A stretch of 64,000 nucleotides of DNA, taken from assembly GCA_030390025.1 (NCBI GenBank), contig CM059431.1, positions 127,164,001 through 127,228,000 of the forward strand. Reading direction: 5' to 3'. The notes under the pieces are model-generated. The model had not been told where the DNA came from, made no database searches, and worked only from the letters and a program-made list of their open reading frames with translations. Source of the DNA: Squalus acanthias. Taxonomy: Eukaryota. The number at the start of each line of letters is the position of its first letter. Positions within the stretch are counted from its first letter, which is position 1. A program made the translations under genes and the position numbers. Positions 37,362 through 49,624 of this stretch are shown here, piece after piece.

Positions 37362-37931
37362 TACAGAACAAGTTGACACAATCTTAAAATGAGAGCTAGG
37401 TCATTCAGGAGTGAAATCAGGAAGCACTTCTTCACACAAGGGATAGTGGAAATCTGGAATTCTCTCCCCCCAATAGGCTGTCAATACTGGGTAAATTGAA
37501 ATTTACAAGACAGAGATTGACAGATTTTTATTAGATAAGGATATCAAGGTATATGGATCAAAGGTGAGTAAATAGATTTGAGCTTCAAATCAGCCATGAT
37601 CTGATTGAATGGCGGAACAGGCTTGAGGAGCTGAATAGCCTACTCCTGTTCCTATGAGAGGGCTAGCAATAACATTGGGGCTGCCAACCCTTCTGGATTG
37701 TTTAGGTGTCTCCAGGGATGGAAATTAATCTCCCGGGCACTGCTGCTAACAATCCAGGAGAAAAGTGGAGTTCATGCTTTGAATTAGTGGACTGTTTCTG
37801 TGTACTTTCTTCACCTGCTCACGGGAGGCCCCCCTGGTCCTCGGAACATCTCTCGCAACAACAGCTAACGTAAATCCACGATAAAGGACACTCTACTGCA
37901 GGGGGCCCTACCTTTATAATGTAAATTCAAT

Positions 37932-38824
37932 GGGTGAAAAATTCAGTATCTCCCCATTTGGGGCGCCATTATCGGCCGTGCGCAAAATTTAGCGCCTGAC
38001 GCTAATTATCGCCTCCGACTACAAACTTGACTTTTATCGCCCCTGGAGGTGATTGGAGTGCTAAATCAGGCGCTACATATCTGTCTTAAGGCGCAAAGGC
38101 CGAGCAGCGAGGAGCTACCTCAGAGCGCTGGCGAAGCTCATGCGATGTCAGTCAGCAATGGAACACAGACACACTGGCGCCGGCCAGTTCTTAAAGGGGA
38201 GGGTCAATCTTGCTCTCCATCCACATCCTGCTCATTGCAGCCTTGAATCTCGGCCTGAAGAGACCTGTACATCAAATCTGTTGGAAAGAACAATGGAGAG
38301 GCCCAGGGAAAGAGCTCAGACTGCAGCCCCCATATTCTCTTCTAAATCAATGCAAGGAAGATCAAACCAGAAAGAACCTGCAAAGTGCTGCTCAGTACCC
38401 AAAACTCCTCAACACAGCTTTGAATATCTCCTGCAATCTCTCTCTCTCACTCAGAATGCGTGGTGCAAAAATTTCGCCGACAAAAAAAAGCAGGAAACAG
38501 TCGCCTTTAAATAGCGCTCCCCCAGTCCCTTCCTGACTGCAAAACACTTCCCCTCAACCTGTCGTTGCTAGCGGCAGGTGGTAAGACAGGGGGCGCCACT
38601 CAATATCTGGCCCGGGGCGCTACCTGGGCATTGCACTCTCGACTGATGTCACGATCGGCCGGCGCAGGAGATCGTGGCGGTAGTGTTTAGCGCCGCCGCA
38701 AAATGTCTAGTTAATTTTGTGAGCGGTGCAAAGATCACCGCGCACGGGCACTACTTGCTTTGTGCCCCATTAGCGCCCTCTTAAGGCGCTAACGGGAGGC
38801 GCAATCCAACTGAATATTTCCCCC
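37932..38824. mobile_element. Harbinger internal-deletion derivative (MITE)
   Basis: TIRs GGGTGAAAAATTCAGT / ACTGAATATTTCCCCC; TSD AAT; retains the start codons of both genes. Confidence 0.9.
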
Positions 38825-39194
38825 AATGACTCTTGCAAATTGCGGACAAACGTTAAATGCCACATGATTAACTGTCATGTGATTGAATGCTATGTGATCA
38901 AACCTCCAGGAATGCATCCAACCAGATTTGGCAACCCTAAGTTTTATTGCAGATGCAGGAGCAGCGCTCCTGCTCCTTCTGGCCTCACAAAAATACAAAA
39001 TAAAAATTTCTTCAGCTATTTTTTTTAGCTGCCTTCATCATTGCCATTAAGGACCGTTGGTTTGGCCACCCAATGCCTGATACCAATGGGTGGAACGTAT
39101 CTGGGGCACGTACTGCTCATTTGTACCTGAAAATTGCAATTAAGGTCCTACAATTGGCCTCGGACTCCAATATGCATATTTAATCAGTCTCCTG

Positions 39195-39973
39195 TGTAAG
39201 ATTCTAGAAACTGTAATAAAACCACTGCTACCTTGTGGAGATCGAATTTCAGAACGAATTGTGAAATGGTTCAAAATGTAGGAGGTCAGCATGTGTTCTT
39301 TGTTTGTGAAGACACAAAATGGTGGAAGTCAGCAGGGGGTCTTTTGTCTGGTGGTCAGCATGGTCCTTTGTTTGAAAGGCCACATGGACAGGAAAAAGAA
39401 ACACGACTGACAAGGAAGTCCCACCCCTCACGTACCTCACAGGAACATGAACATGTCATGCGGAAGAAACTCCAATCAGGGAAGGTTTGGAGTGAAACTG
39501 ACCTATCAGAGAGAGGCAGACAGTAATATACGAGGGAGGCTGGCAGAAAGGCCCTATAACAGAAGTGACCCAGAAGCGGGGAATTCAGAACACAGAAGAA
39601 AGAAAGAAGACAGAATGGAAAAACAGATGAACAAAGAACGCTGGCCAGTCTATGTTTCGGCTTACAACGTTACTGGACTGATCACCCAGAGATAAAGGAG
39701 TATGTATGAAAGTCGGACATAGAGCTTAGATATTATTAAAGGGTACTTTTATGTATGGTTGACTTGGGATATAAATCGCCAGGGGGTAGCGTATGAGTTA
39801 CTGGGGGTACTTTTATGTACGGGTAAATTGGGCGCAAATTGATTGCGACGTACACTTGAATTTTGAACTGTAGTGTGAATAAAGATCAATTTTATTGATC
39901 ACATACTTGTCTGCCATTGTTACGCTTATTCGTAATTCTCGAAGTCCGAACAGTAGTAAGAGAAAGGCTTACA
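39195..39973 (+). mobile_element. Solo LTR (779 bp) inserted into a MITE-like element
   Basis: TGTAAG...CTTACA termini, 4-bp TSD CCTG (39191-39194, 39974-39977), AATAAA at ~39878. Confidence 0.85.
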
Positions 39974-42440
39974 CCTGCCAAAAACAGGCTGGCATTCTGC
40001 TTGCCCATTTACAGGCCCTCCTGAAGGCTTTGGGCATCAATGGGATGGCCAAGGTGTCCGTCACCGGTTGTCAACTGCTGCCCCCCATTTGTTAGATGAG
40101 CAATGGGTGCTTGGTAGTTGAATCCTCCCAGAAATAATAAGGGCATTCTTGAGCTGTCAGCTTTCTTGGGACTGTGTCAGTTCTTTCAAAGCATTTGTTC
40201 AGTTTTTGCTATTCCTCGAGCTTTTGCACGTAAATCTGATTGCTCATTTATAACCAAATTGCTCTATTAGGCAGCATTTGGCAAAAGAAAAATCTTGAAT
40301 ACAATTTGGTGCAGTTTTTTCCCCTGGAACATGCTCAGGTTGGTATTTTTTTTGATTCTGACAGTAAGTTGAATTATTTCTAAAGCAACTAGCAATCCTT
40401 TTGTTTGTGTTCAATAGAACAGCACAGCTTCAGACACTTACCAACTTTGACCTTAGCTGAATGTATTGACCTTGTAGCTGTCCCTAACATATTTTGCACC
40501 ATGTGTCTCAATTCATCAATATTGAAGATAAACATAGGCTAAAGTGCCTCGGAGACCTGCTCTTTTGGATTTGTTAAATTAGATAAAAACAGTAAATATT
40601 TTAACCCACTTACAGCTCTTGTAGTACAAGTAAAATATTAAATATCGGAAAGCTTATTCTTTGAGTGCATAAATTTAGGAAGATTACTGTTTCTTACATT
40701 CAGAAAATGTAGCCATTTGCTTTTCATAATGCAACATCTATATTTACTGTTTATTTATGAAAATGTAGTTCAGCTCTAATCTTGTCTGAATCTAAAACAA
40801 GTTATCAAAATCAGTATGTCAACCTGTTTGCTGGTACATTGATAATTTTCTACTCTTCATATCTAAATCTGAATTTCCATGCATATGCTAGTCACAACTT
40901 ACATTGTATTGAGTTGCAAACTATGTCAATGTCAATTTAATGAACAGTGTTATAGTGCAATTTCCCCCCTATGCATTATAAATCTGGGAACTTGGAAGCA
41001 TTTAGAGAAGACATTTTATCATGAGCAGTGCACATATATAAAAGTACACTCATCCGCAAATCAATTATCTGTCATTCACGGCAGAACTGTCTGGTGCAAA
41101 GCAATATTAAAAAGCTGGTGCTATTGAAACTAAGCTAGACGCTTCCAACTCTTTGCATTCACGAACAGAAGCCCCTACTTGACCTGCACTTGCTGCTTAA
41201 ATAAGTGGTACATTTCAAGCATGTTTATGAAGTACTTAATGCAGCAGCACATTACAGAAACTTCTTGTCTGCTTAGACGTTAGGTTTCCCCATTAAGTGT
41301 CAAGTGAATCCACTTAGCAACAGTTAGACAGTTAAATATTTTGCTTTAATTATTATTCATTTTCCAGTGGCCTGTGTTACATCTAAAATTCCCTTCGGTG
41401 TAATCAGTCTGGAGTGTTTCCAGTTTTAATTGCTGCATGGAACAAATATGAGACTAAAAATTGCAAAATAATCTCCTTATAATTATATTCAAAACAAATC
41501 TAGTTTATGTTAATAAAAATGGTGATTAACCTGCAGGACACAGTAAAATCCAAATGGTGATTAGAATTGTAATTAAATTGCACCAGCAAATTCAAAAAAG
41601 TTTTTTTTACAAGCAACACTGGTTAAAAATGCAAATAACTGGCCTTGAGTTTTTTGGCAGGCTTTAAGACTTCCTCCTGGTAAAACTGAATGGCTGGAGT
41701 GAAAACATGAAAAACAGTTCTGCTGTCTTTATCAGAAGGTGATTAATGGCCAGCTGGCAGGCTGGTAACCCAGGAACATAAACAGGTAGTTAAGGCTTTA
41801 TGAGTATGCAAAAAGGATGATGCAACAGGGTACAAGCTGTGCCTACCAGTAGGTAATTACAGCCGGGTATTATGCAAAGATAAAATGAAGATAAACATCA
41901 ATGTACTGCAATTGGGTTTTGTTCTCAGTCTGATACCAATGCAAATTAGTTGAGACTATTACACTTAATCAATTTGATTGGCCAAGATCAAGCATTAATG
42001 TACAAAAAAATTTACATTCCTAAGAAAGAGTTTTAACAGCTGAAAAGTGGGACCACTTAAGTTCTTAAACTGGTACCACCATTTTCTACTTGTACTTGCC
42101 CTGTCTGCTAATTGTTATAATCAATCTTCCAGCGTATTTTCCTGGAAAAGGAACTGATACTGATTAATGCACAGTCCTTTTGCTGAAAAGAGCATCACAT
42201 TTGCTTCAAAACTCAATGCTCTTGTACTAGCCGGTTCTGAACACCATCCGGTTAAAACTACAGGGAGTTTCAGAGCTTAGGAGAAAACATGGCCCCCTCC
42301 CCACCCATTACCTGGTCGTTTTCCCTTACTGTACTTACTTAAATGGAAGAGGACCCTGGACAACTTGGAGCGCAGACGTATTCCCTGAATTTTGTTTATT
42401 TTTAATTCTAAAACGATGTCAGCTTTACCAAATTAAATAC

Positions 42441-43518
42441 AAGAAAGAACTTGAATTTATGTGGAGCCTTACATGACCGCAGGACCACCCAAACTGCTTT
42501 ACAGCCAATGAAGTGCTTTTGAATTGTAGTCACTGTTGTAATGTGGAAAATACGGCAGCCAATTTGTGCAGAGCAAGGTCCCACAAACAGCAATGATATA
42601 ATAACCAGACAATGGGGTAGAGTTTCCGCTTTGGGCGAAATCGGTGAAACGAGCGCAAATTGTGTCCAAAAATGCGCGAGTTTTGAAAAGTGTGTTTTTT
42701 TCTCCAGTTTCTGCTGAAACTCATTTGCATATCACCAAACGCAAGGTAAGAGTGGTAACTTGGTGCAGTTCGATTAATACAGCTGACAATGGGTTTGTCA
42801 CAAAAAATAAGCATTTTTTTAATCACACTATCAATACACCACCTGTGAGTAATCCGATTTTAAATGACCGAAAATGACTAAAAAAATATACAGAACCATT
42901 TGCTAGTTATATTGGAGTAGAGTAGGCAGTTTCTTAAAAATCTAAAAAAAGCTTTTAAAACGTTCCAATTAGAGTCCGTGCACACAAAAGTTCCAGCTTA
43001 ATTTTTAGAGCCTCCTCAAAGACCTGCAAACGAGCGCATTTAGTGGAAACTCTCAATGGTGATTAATTCATCCTGGGGCGTGGGCAGCTTTGTGGGTGGG
43101 GCCTGATTCCAGCGCAATGTTTTTTCAACTAGCGCAAAAGATGGCGGAAACTCGAGTTGCGCTGAACGTAATTTGCGTTTAAAATTCTGTGATCTTTTGC
43201 GCTTGTTACGCTGAATTCTGTCGAGTTACGCCAAGAATACCAGCATAACCGAGCGGAAACTGCAGACCAATCTGTTTTAGTCGTTTGGGTAGAGGGATAT
43301 ATATTGTCCAGGGCATGGGGAGAATGCCCCTGCTCTTCTTTAAATCATGCCATGAGGTCTTTTACATCCACCTGCGAGGGCAGATTGGTTTACTGTCTCA
43401 TCAGAAAGATGGCACCTCCAACAGTGTCAGCCTAGATTGCGTGCTCAAGTCTCTTGAGTGGGAATTGAATCCACAACCTTCTGAGTCAGAGGTGAAGGTG
43501 CTACCACTGAGCCAAGGC
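42441..43518 (-). mobile_element. tRNA-derived Deu-domain SINE (SacSINE1/AmnSINE-like), interrupted by a MITE
   Basis: Minus-strand head GCCTTGGCTCAGTGGTAGC...GGATTCAATTCC; the body matches my recollection of the Deu domain (plus strand GCAGCCAATTTG...CCCACAAACAGCAATG). Confidence 0.78.
42614..43268. mobile_element. Harbinger-like MITE inside the SINE
   Basis: TIRs GGGGTAGAGTTTCCGCT / AGCGGAAACTGCAGACC; TSD AAT. Confidence 0.85.
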
Positions 43519-43544
43519 TGTTATCCAGGCATAAAATCCATCCA

Positions 43545-44295
43545 ACCTGGCAGGCCAGGGCAAATGAGGCACAAGGATCAACCCCTGCAACTGAATGAGT
43601 AGGACTGATGCTCAGCTGATAGTGGGCCTTGTTTGAATTGCACCGGTGAGCTGCAGACACCTACCGAGCATCCCCAGATAATTTGCCGGCAGTCGCCCTC
43701 AGGTAAGTCTTCAATGCCGACTGGGAGGTGGGCAACTGGGAGACGGTGACGACCAGGAGGGGGGAGGGGTGACCGCGGGGATGGTGGCAGCGATCGGGGA
43801 GGTCGAGATTACAATCGGGGGGGGGGGGTCAAGGTCGTGATTGGGGGGGCTCAAGGGTGTGATCAGGAGGGCAATCGAGGCAGTGATCGGAACAGGGTTA
43901 GAATGGCAAGCAGCGGTCGGCTGCGGCCCGTGGTTTTGCTGTGGGGTCAGGATGAGTTCTGATCCTCTCGGCTGCACATTCAATAAGTACTTTCACAAAA
44001 TTACGTTTTTGGTAGCCTCATAGGGACCGCCGTTTAGGCCGCAAGTAGACCTAGTTTTCCTGAGTGCTGGCGCCGTGTGCAGTCAGGACTATCCAATGTT
44101 ACACAAGGGGCCTCTACCAGGCGTTAGACCACTAATTTGAATATGCAAAAGACCTAACGCCTGGTTCATATTTTATGGCTATACCAATTTGGTGGATGGC
44201 GCACTTCCATCTCGTAATGAGAGTGTGAATCCTGCCCGCCATATTGGAGGGTTAGGCGTCCATTTAGCGCCCAAAACCCCGTAGATTCCTGGGCC
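43545..44295. mobile_element. Degenerate MITE-like element
   Basis: TIR-like right end GATTCCTGGGCC, TAGCGCC motif and internal CAGGTAAGT; left boundary uncertain. Confidence 0.5.
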
Positions 44296-44350
44296 TCAAT
44301 GTCCAATGTAGCACTATATGTAGTACAAAACACAAGGTGCAGCTAAAGAT

Positions 44351-44475
44351 TGTAATATATGTGGGTAGAACAAGTGAAAGACAGAGACACGATGAGTTGC
44401 TAGTCCATGTGCTTGCTTTATTAGGCCAGAGTGAATTGAGCATGCTCATACCAAACCATGTGATAATACATTACA
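44351..44475 (-). repeat. 3' LTR (125 bp)
   Basis: TGTAAT...ATTACA next to the PPT; matches 49528-49624. Confidence 0.92.
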
Positions 44476-44601
44476 CTGCTTTCCCCCTCAAAAAATATGT
44501 CTGTATTCCCCTCTCAAATACAACAAAACTATGGTCCCACCTTTCCCAGCATTACATGTACCACATAACAAAAACTCTTGGCTTTTTGTCTTTTAAATGA
44601 A

Positions 44602-47600
44602 CTACAAATCCAGTTTAATAACAGGTGTGCGGAGCGTTCCTGATCTCCTTACAGAAGGTTTTGGTGTTGAACCAATTTTCGGGCTGTTTTGTTTTGGTTC
44701 CGAACTCAAAGATGATCCTGTTTCTATCTCAGACTTGTTTGAATCTAGTACTTCAGTTACTGAAGTATGAACTGAGTCAAACTCATGTATGAGTTCATGA
44801 TCAAGTGGTTGACGATCATTTCTTGGTTCATCGCTAGCAGAGATCATCTGATCTACATGAACACTTCGGATTTTGTCACCAATTTCAACCAAATATCTCT
44901 TGGTTCCACCAACCTCTACTGTGGTTCCTACATCCCACTTGTGTGCACTCGACTTGCCAGGGGGACTGAGAACACGAACACACTCGTTTTGTTTGAAACT
45001 GCGTTCTTCCTGATTGGTGTCATAATAACGTTTCTGACTCAACTGTTTCTGTTCAACTCTTGAGGCCAAATTTGTTTGAACAAGACTCAATCATGTTCTC
45101 AATCTCCACTTCATCAAGAGTTCTGCTGGGGTATGTCCAGTTGTAGTGTGCGGAGTAGTTCTGTACTTCAGCAAGAAACTTGCCAAATGTTGCTTCATGC
45201 TGAGTCCCGAACAACCCCGCAACACTTGCTTTTTGAGAGCTTCTTTCACTATTCTGACTGATCTTTCGGCTGCTCCATTTGAAGCTGGATGATATGGTGG
45301 AACGAGAATGTGTTTGATACTGTTCCGTTTCATGAATTCTTAGAATAGAGCACAACGGAACTGAGGGCCATTGTCAGAAACAAGCTCTTCAGGTAAGCCA
45401 TGACATGCAAAGATTGACCTCAACTCATCTATGGTATATTCAGTTGTAGTATTTGAACCCATGGGGGAAAAATTGAGTTGCACCCCCTTTAGGGCGCTAA
45501 CTTCGCCGGGCCGCTACTGGAAGAGCCCCACCTCCCTCTTGGGGCGCTGTGGCATGTCGCGCCGCGGTATTGCAGGCCTTCCTCCCCTTCTTAAAGGGGC
45601 CTTGCGCAGCGTGACCCGGGGCCCAGCTGGGCCACCGGGGATCGGAGTGCTGGCAAAAGAGCCTGGCACTCAAGAGAAGTGCCGGGCTCATGGAGTGCAG
45701 CCGGCACTCCGCAGGGGGGTGGGTCAGGAGGCTGGGGACGGCAGCAGAGGCAGGTGCTGGCAGGCGGCCAGCAACAAAAATGGCCACCCAGCACCTCGCC
45801 TTTAAATAGCGCCGCCCCGGCCACAGGTAGGCCCCCATTGACCCCATCGGACATAGCGTCCCGCGGTAAGTCAGGGGGCGCTACTGAAGATCGTGGCCGG
45901 GGCGCAAGCGGGGTGCTGTGCATGGTGATGATGTCATCGCCGGTGGCGCAGCACCACGGGGCGCTAACGGTTACCGCCTCCGCTAACCTCCCGCTGAATT
46001 TCGCGGGAGGCGTTGGCAGCAACGCGCCCGGGCGCTAGTTGCTTTGCGCCTCCCGTTAGCGCCCTCTTAGGGCGCTAACGGGAGGCGCAAAGCAACCGAA
46101 TTTTTCACCCCCATGTGTTTAACTTCAATTCACTCTGAGTGACTATCTACAAGTACCAGGAAATATTCATTTGCTTTCTCACATGTACTGTCTGAAAAGG
46201 TCTACTTGGCCATGACATGGGTTGTAGTGGAGTTTAGGGTGGTTTGTTTCTGCAATTTTGGCAAATGCTGCATTTGCTGACAAGTGATTCAAGATCACTG
46301 TCCAATCCAGGCCAGTAAACAAAGCTTCTTGCAATTGATTTCATACTAATGATCCCTGGATGTTCAGTATGAAGTTCGACTAGAATTCTATCTCTCAAAG
46401 AAGAAGGTACCACCACTCTGTTTCCCCACTTGATACAACCTTGCTCACAAGACAAGTCAATACAATGGTTATGGAATGGTTTCAACTCTGTGTCCGTACA
46501 CTGATCAGTCCACCCAGTCAAGGTGTTTTCATACTCTTTTCAGTACTGAGTCCTTTTGAGTCTCATCTGCAATCTCAGTTGCATTCACAGGAAAGTCTCT
46601 GTCAACTGCACCTGGCGTGAAAATCGCACCTTCACTCCCAACACACGAGTCCTGATGTGGCAACCTGGACAAGGCATCTGCGATTGCGTTTTGCTTTGAA
46701 GTGCGATATTCAATCATGTAGTCATATTGTGACAACAACACTGCCTAATGTTGCATTCTTGATGTGGCCATTGTAGGGATGGCAGATTTGGCCCCAATAT
46801 TGTTAGGAGCGGTTTGTGATCGGTTATCAGGGTAAACTTTCTGCCGATCAGGAACTTTTGGAATTTCTTGATTCCAAACACTATGGCAAGTGCTTCCTTT
46901 TCAATTTGCGCAAGGTTTCTTTCGCTCTTTGTGAGGGTTCGCTATGCGAACGCGATTGGGTTCTCTTGGCTGTCATCCATTATGTGGCTTATGACAGCTC
47001 CCACACCATAGCGAGATGCATCACACGCTAACTTAGGCTCACCCTCTGTGTCGTAGTGCACAAGTAGAGCATCACTAGAGAGACTTCTCTTACAAGCATC
47101 GTAAGCTTCCTGTTGCGCTTTCGTCCACTTCCACTGAACATTCTTCGTGAAGAGCTCGTGCAATGGAGCTAACATGGTCACAAACTCAGGTAAGAAACAT
47201 GCGTAGTACTGGACCATTCCAAGGAAAGATCTTAACTCAGCCACGTTTTGTGGCTTTGGAGCATTGATGACAGCATCAACCTTTTCCTTAACTGGTTGCA
47301 AGTCATTTTCATCAACTTTCAAACCAAGGTACACAACCTCAGGCTGCACAAAAGCACATTTGCTGTTTTTCAATTTGACATTGTGGGCAATCAACCTTTG
47401 AAGCACTATATCCAACACTTCTAGATTTTCTTCCCCGCCGTTTGTTGCGATCAGCACATCGTCTTGATTGCATAAGCAATTTGGAACTCCTTGCAAAATC
47501 TTATCCATCGTAGCCTGGGGGAGAACTTTACACCATACGGCAGCTTGGTGAATGAATACATTCCCTTGTGTGTGTTGATAGTGGGATACTGTTGACTCTC

Positions 47601-48307
47601 TTTGTCAATATTCAGCTGAGCGTAAGCATGCGACAGGTCAAGCTTGGAGAAAAGCTTTGACCCAGATAGTGCTGCATACAAATCTTGCGATGTACTTAAT
47701 TGCTACTACTTATCATCAACTGCTTGGTTGATAGTAACTTTGTAGTCACCGCACAAGCGAACAGTTTTGTCTGCTTTGGGCACTACCACAATCAGGGTAG
47801 CCCATTCACTTTTGTCAGTTTTTGCTAGCACTCAGTTTTCTCTGAGCTTCGCTAGCTCTTCCTCCACCTGACTTTTCAACGCATAGGGGACCGGCCTTGC
47901 CTTACAATAGACGGCTTCGCGTTGGACTTGATGCGGATATGCGCGCCATACCCAGTGGTGCCCTCATAACTGTCTGAGAACATGCTTTCATACTTGTTCA
48001 GCATTGTGTCGAGTCAGTTCTTTGAAGCATCTACACTGAAGATGTTTTTCCAGTCTATTTTTAACTTTCTCAACCAGTCTTTGCCCATGAGAGTTGGCCT
48101 GTTGTTGTAGCTCGCTACAATAATAGGCAGCTTTACTGACTGGCCATTGTGTTGAACTGTACATTCCATTTGTCCACATGTCTCTAGGATTCCTCCGGAG
48201 TAGGTTTTTAACTCTGTGGTAATCTTTGTAAGTAGTACTTGATTAAACTTACTCTCATATGTGTCCTGACTCATGATAGAGCAGTCCACCGCAATGTTGA
48301 TACACAT
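44602..48307 (-). pseudogene. Gypsy pol (protease, RT, RNase H, integrase), multiply frameshifted
   Basis: KLDLSHAYAQL, NQDDVLI, LACDASRYGVGAV, ADALSRLP, HTEHPG...CSIC, PYHPASNGAAER. Confidence 0.92.
45464..46112. mobile_element. Young GC-rich Harbinger MITE inserted in the Gypsy integrase
   Basis: TIRs GGGGAAAAATTGAGTTGC / GCAACCGAATTTTTCACCCCC; duplicated ATG (or CAT); removing it restores EVKHMGSNT. Confidence 0.92.
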
Positions 48308-49272
48308 ATTGCTCGTTGATCAAAAATTTTGTACGGAAATCTTTCTCACGACTGTTAGCATTGCCGCTAGTGGCATAGATACTGTAGATGCCTAGTTCTT
48401 CAACATCAGGTGTGTTCACTTCAATATTGTGAACTCCTCCCTTTTGTTGTCGGTGCATTGCATTGCCACTAGAATGGTTCTTACTTCCTGCTTTCGATCT
48501 AGCTCTGCAAGCTGTTGAAATATGGCCTTGCTTCTGGCAGCGAAAACACTTTGCATTTCTGTACTGGCAGGACTGTGGTGAATGATTTCCATTGCAGCGA
48601 TAACAATTCACTGAACTGCTCTCACTGACATGCTTTTGACTCGGTCTCACAGCTTTTGGTTTGGCGGTCGTTTTGTGACTGGAGACCTCAGCTGAACTAG
48701 TCACTTGAGTTGGACAGAGCTCCCTAGCATTCTTAGACACCATCTCCATAGATAGGGCAATTTTGCATGCTAAGTCAAACAATAGGTTCAGAGTGTACAG
48801 TAACTTGGACTGTGTGTGCACATCCACCAGTCCACACACAAACTTATGTCGCAACGCACAGTCCAAAAATGTGCTGAAGTTACAATGCAAAGACAGGTTC
48901 TTAAGAGCTACACTATACTCACTGCTGGTTTCACTTTGTTTTTGGTTTCTGGTACCAAACTTACAGCTCTCCACTATTTCTAACAGCTTATGGGTTCAAA
49001 TGGTCCTCGAGTTTCTCGACAATGACTTCAAGTGACGCATCCTTCGCTTTCCCTGGCGCGAGTAGGTTTGTCAACGTTCCGAAGACATCTGGCCCGATCT
49101 CCGTTAGAAAAATTACTTTCTTTTGAGCTTGAACATTCTCATCTGCACCTTCGGTCTCAATAATGTTATTGGCCCTAAAAAAAATCTCCATCTGCTCAAT
49201 GTAAGAGCTGAATAGTTCGTGAGCTTGGTCATACATGCCAAGGCAAACAATGAATCCCGTAGGTGCAGCCAT
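48255..49272 (-). pseudogene. Gypsy gag with two CCHC zinc knuckles
   Basis: CYRCNGNHSPQSC and CFRCQKQGHISTAC; split by a stop at ~48988. Confidence 0.9.
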
Positions 49273-49527
49273 GATTGTTCTGATCCCGTCGAACAGTGGC
49301 TCAGCATGCTACCTGTGTACATGTGAGGATCAATGCTGCTGTTGCTGTGTATACATACACGCGAAGGCGAAGCACAGACGATGCTGCATGAGCATTAATG
49401 GTAAAACATCGTAAAAATTCAGTTTAGGTGCCACAAATTCACCTTAAACTTGTCCACTCGAAGGTTGACACTGTGTCCTTCCATGATCCCTAAAAATGTC
49501 TTTGGAATCCCATCCTCATTGCCAAAA

Positions 49528-49624
49528 TGTAATATATGTGGGTAGAACAAATGAAGGACAGAGACACAATGAATTGCTAGTCCATGTGCTTGCTTTATTA
49601 GGCCAGAGCAAACTGAGCATGCTC
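49528..49624 (-). repeat. 5' LTR, truncated by the adjoining LINE
   Basis: 90/97 identical to 44351-44447; the distal 28 bp are missing. Confidence 0.9.

Larger units (their letters stand above)
31935..37656 (+). mobile_element. Old CR1 LINE split into three pieces (31935-32080, 34744-35397, 37362-37656) by two younger LINE insertions
   Basis: The collinear RT sequence ...NLVEFFEEV resumes as VTSMV... after the first insert; the 3' end and tail follow the second insert. Confidence 0.82.
44351..49624 (-). mobile_element. Near-complete decayed Gypsy/Ty3 LTR retrotransposon
   Basis: Paired LTRs, PBS TGGCAATGAGGATGGGA (~49508-49524), PPT GAGGGGGAAAGCAG (44476-44489), and gag-PR-RT-RH-IN order. 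Confidence 0.95.
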
